Shown: positions 63,780 through 64,000 of the stretch, in pieces
Numbering within the stretch: the first letter of the stretch is position 1
How the letters are laid out: each line of letters begins with the position of its first letter
NCBI RefSeq assembly: GCF_964355755.1
Contig: NC_092670.1
Span: 33,840,388-33,904,387 of the forward strand
Reading direction: 5' to 3'
DNA: 64,000 nucleotides
DNA from: Antedon mediterranea
Lineage: Eukaryota > Animalia > Echinodermata
Notes under the pieces: generated by a model
Databases searched by the model: none
Told to the model about the DNA's origin: nothing
Seen by the model: the letters and a program-made list of their open reading frames with translations, nothing else
Translations under genes and position numbers: made by a program

Positions 63780-64000
63780 CTACAGGGTACAAAACAAAAT
63801 TGTGGCTAAATTATATTAATTTTAATTTATCTGCAATGCAAAATATATAAATAAATACTATTTCATAGTAATAAAATTAACTAAATCTTAAAGTTCTGTA
63901 ACCTTCATAGTACCACAAATAACTTACTTTATTTCCTTCTGGTTTATTGTATTAATTACTTATTGTGCTTAAAAAATGGTGAAAATGAAATCTCAATCTC

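Overview
AT-rich, intron-containing animal genomic DNA, most plausibly an invertebrate deuterostome such as an echinoderm (inference from Link modules, gene content and repeat types). Exon models were built by hand from GT-AG sites and reading frame. The left half holds a same-strand cluster of four secreted, probably glycan-binding genes. Two are signal peptide + coiled coil + CxC + single Link-module paralogues (9620-10899, 13173-16943). Two are Cys-rich six-repeat FG-GAP/VCBS-like beta-propeller paralogues: one fused to a C-type lectin domain (19598-23931), the other with a stalk built from five 48-nt symmetrical microexons (29508-34620). Next comes a 351-aa orphan ORF behind a perfect RFX X-box, a head-to-head POLR3K(-)/SNRNP25(+) pair (same arrangement as human 16p13.3), and the 3' part of a TBCEL-like gene (-). 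Introns and intergenic DNA are full of mobile DNA: CR1/L2-type LINEs, non-autonomous Helitrons, Helentron/DINE-like elements, pogo-, hAT- and Harbinger-like MITEs, tRNA-derived SINE heads and minisatellites. One intron holds a three-level nest (MITE > LINE > 2.86-kb foldback palindrome). No rRNA, true tRNA or CRISPR array was seen.
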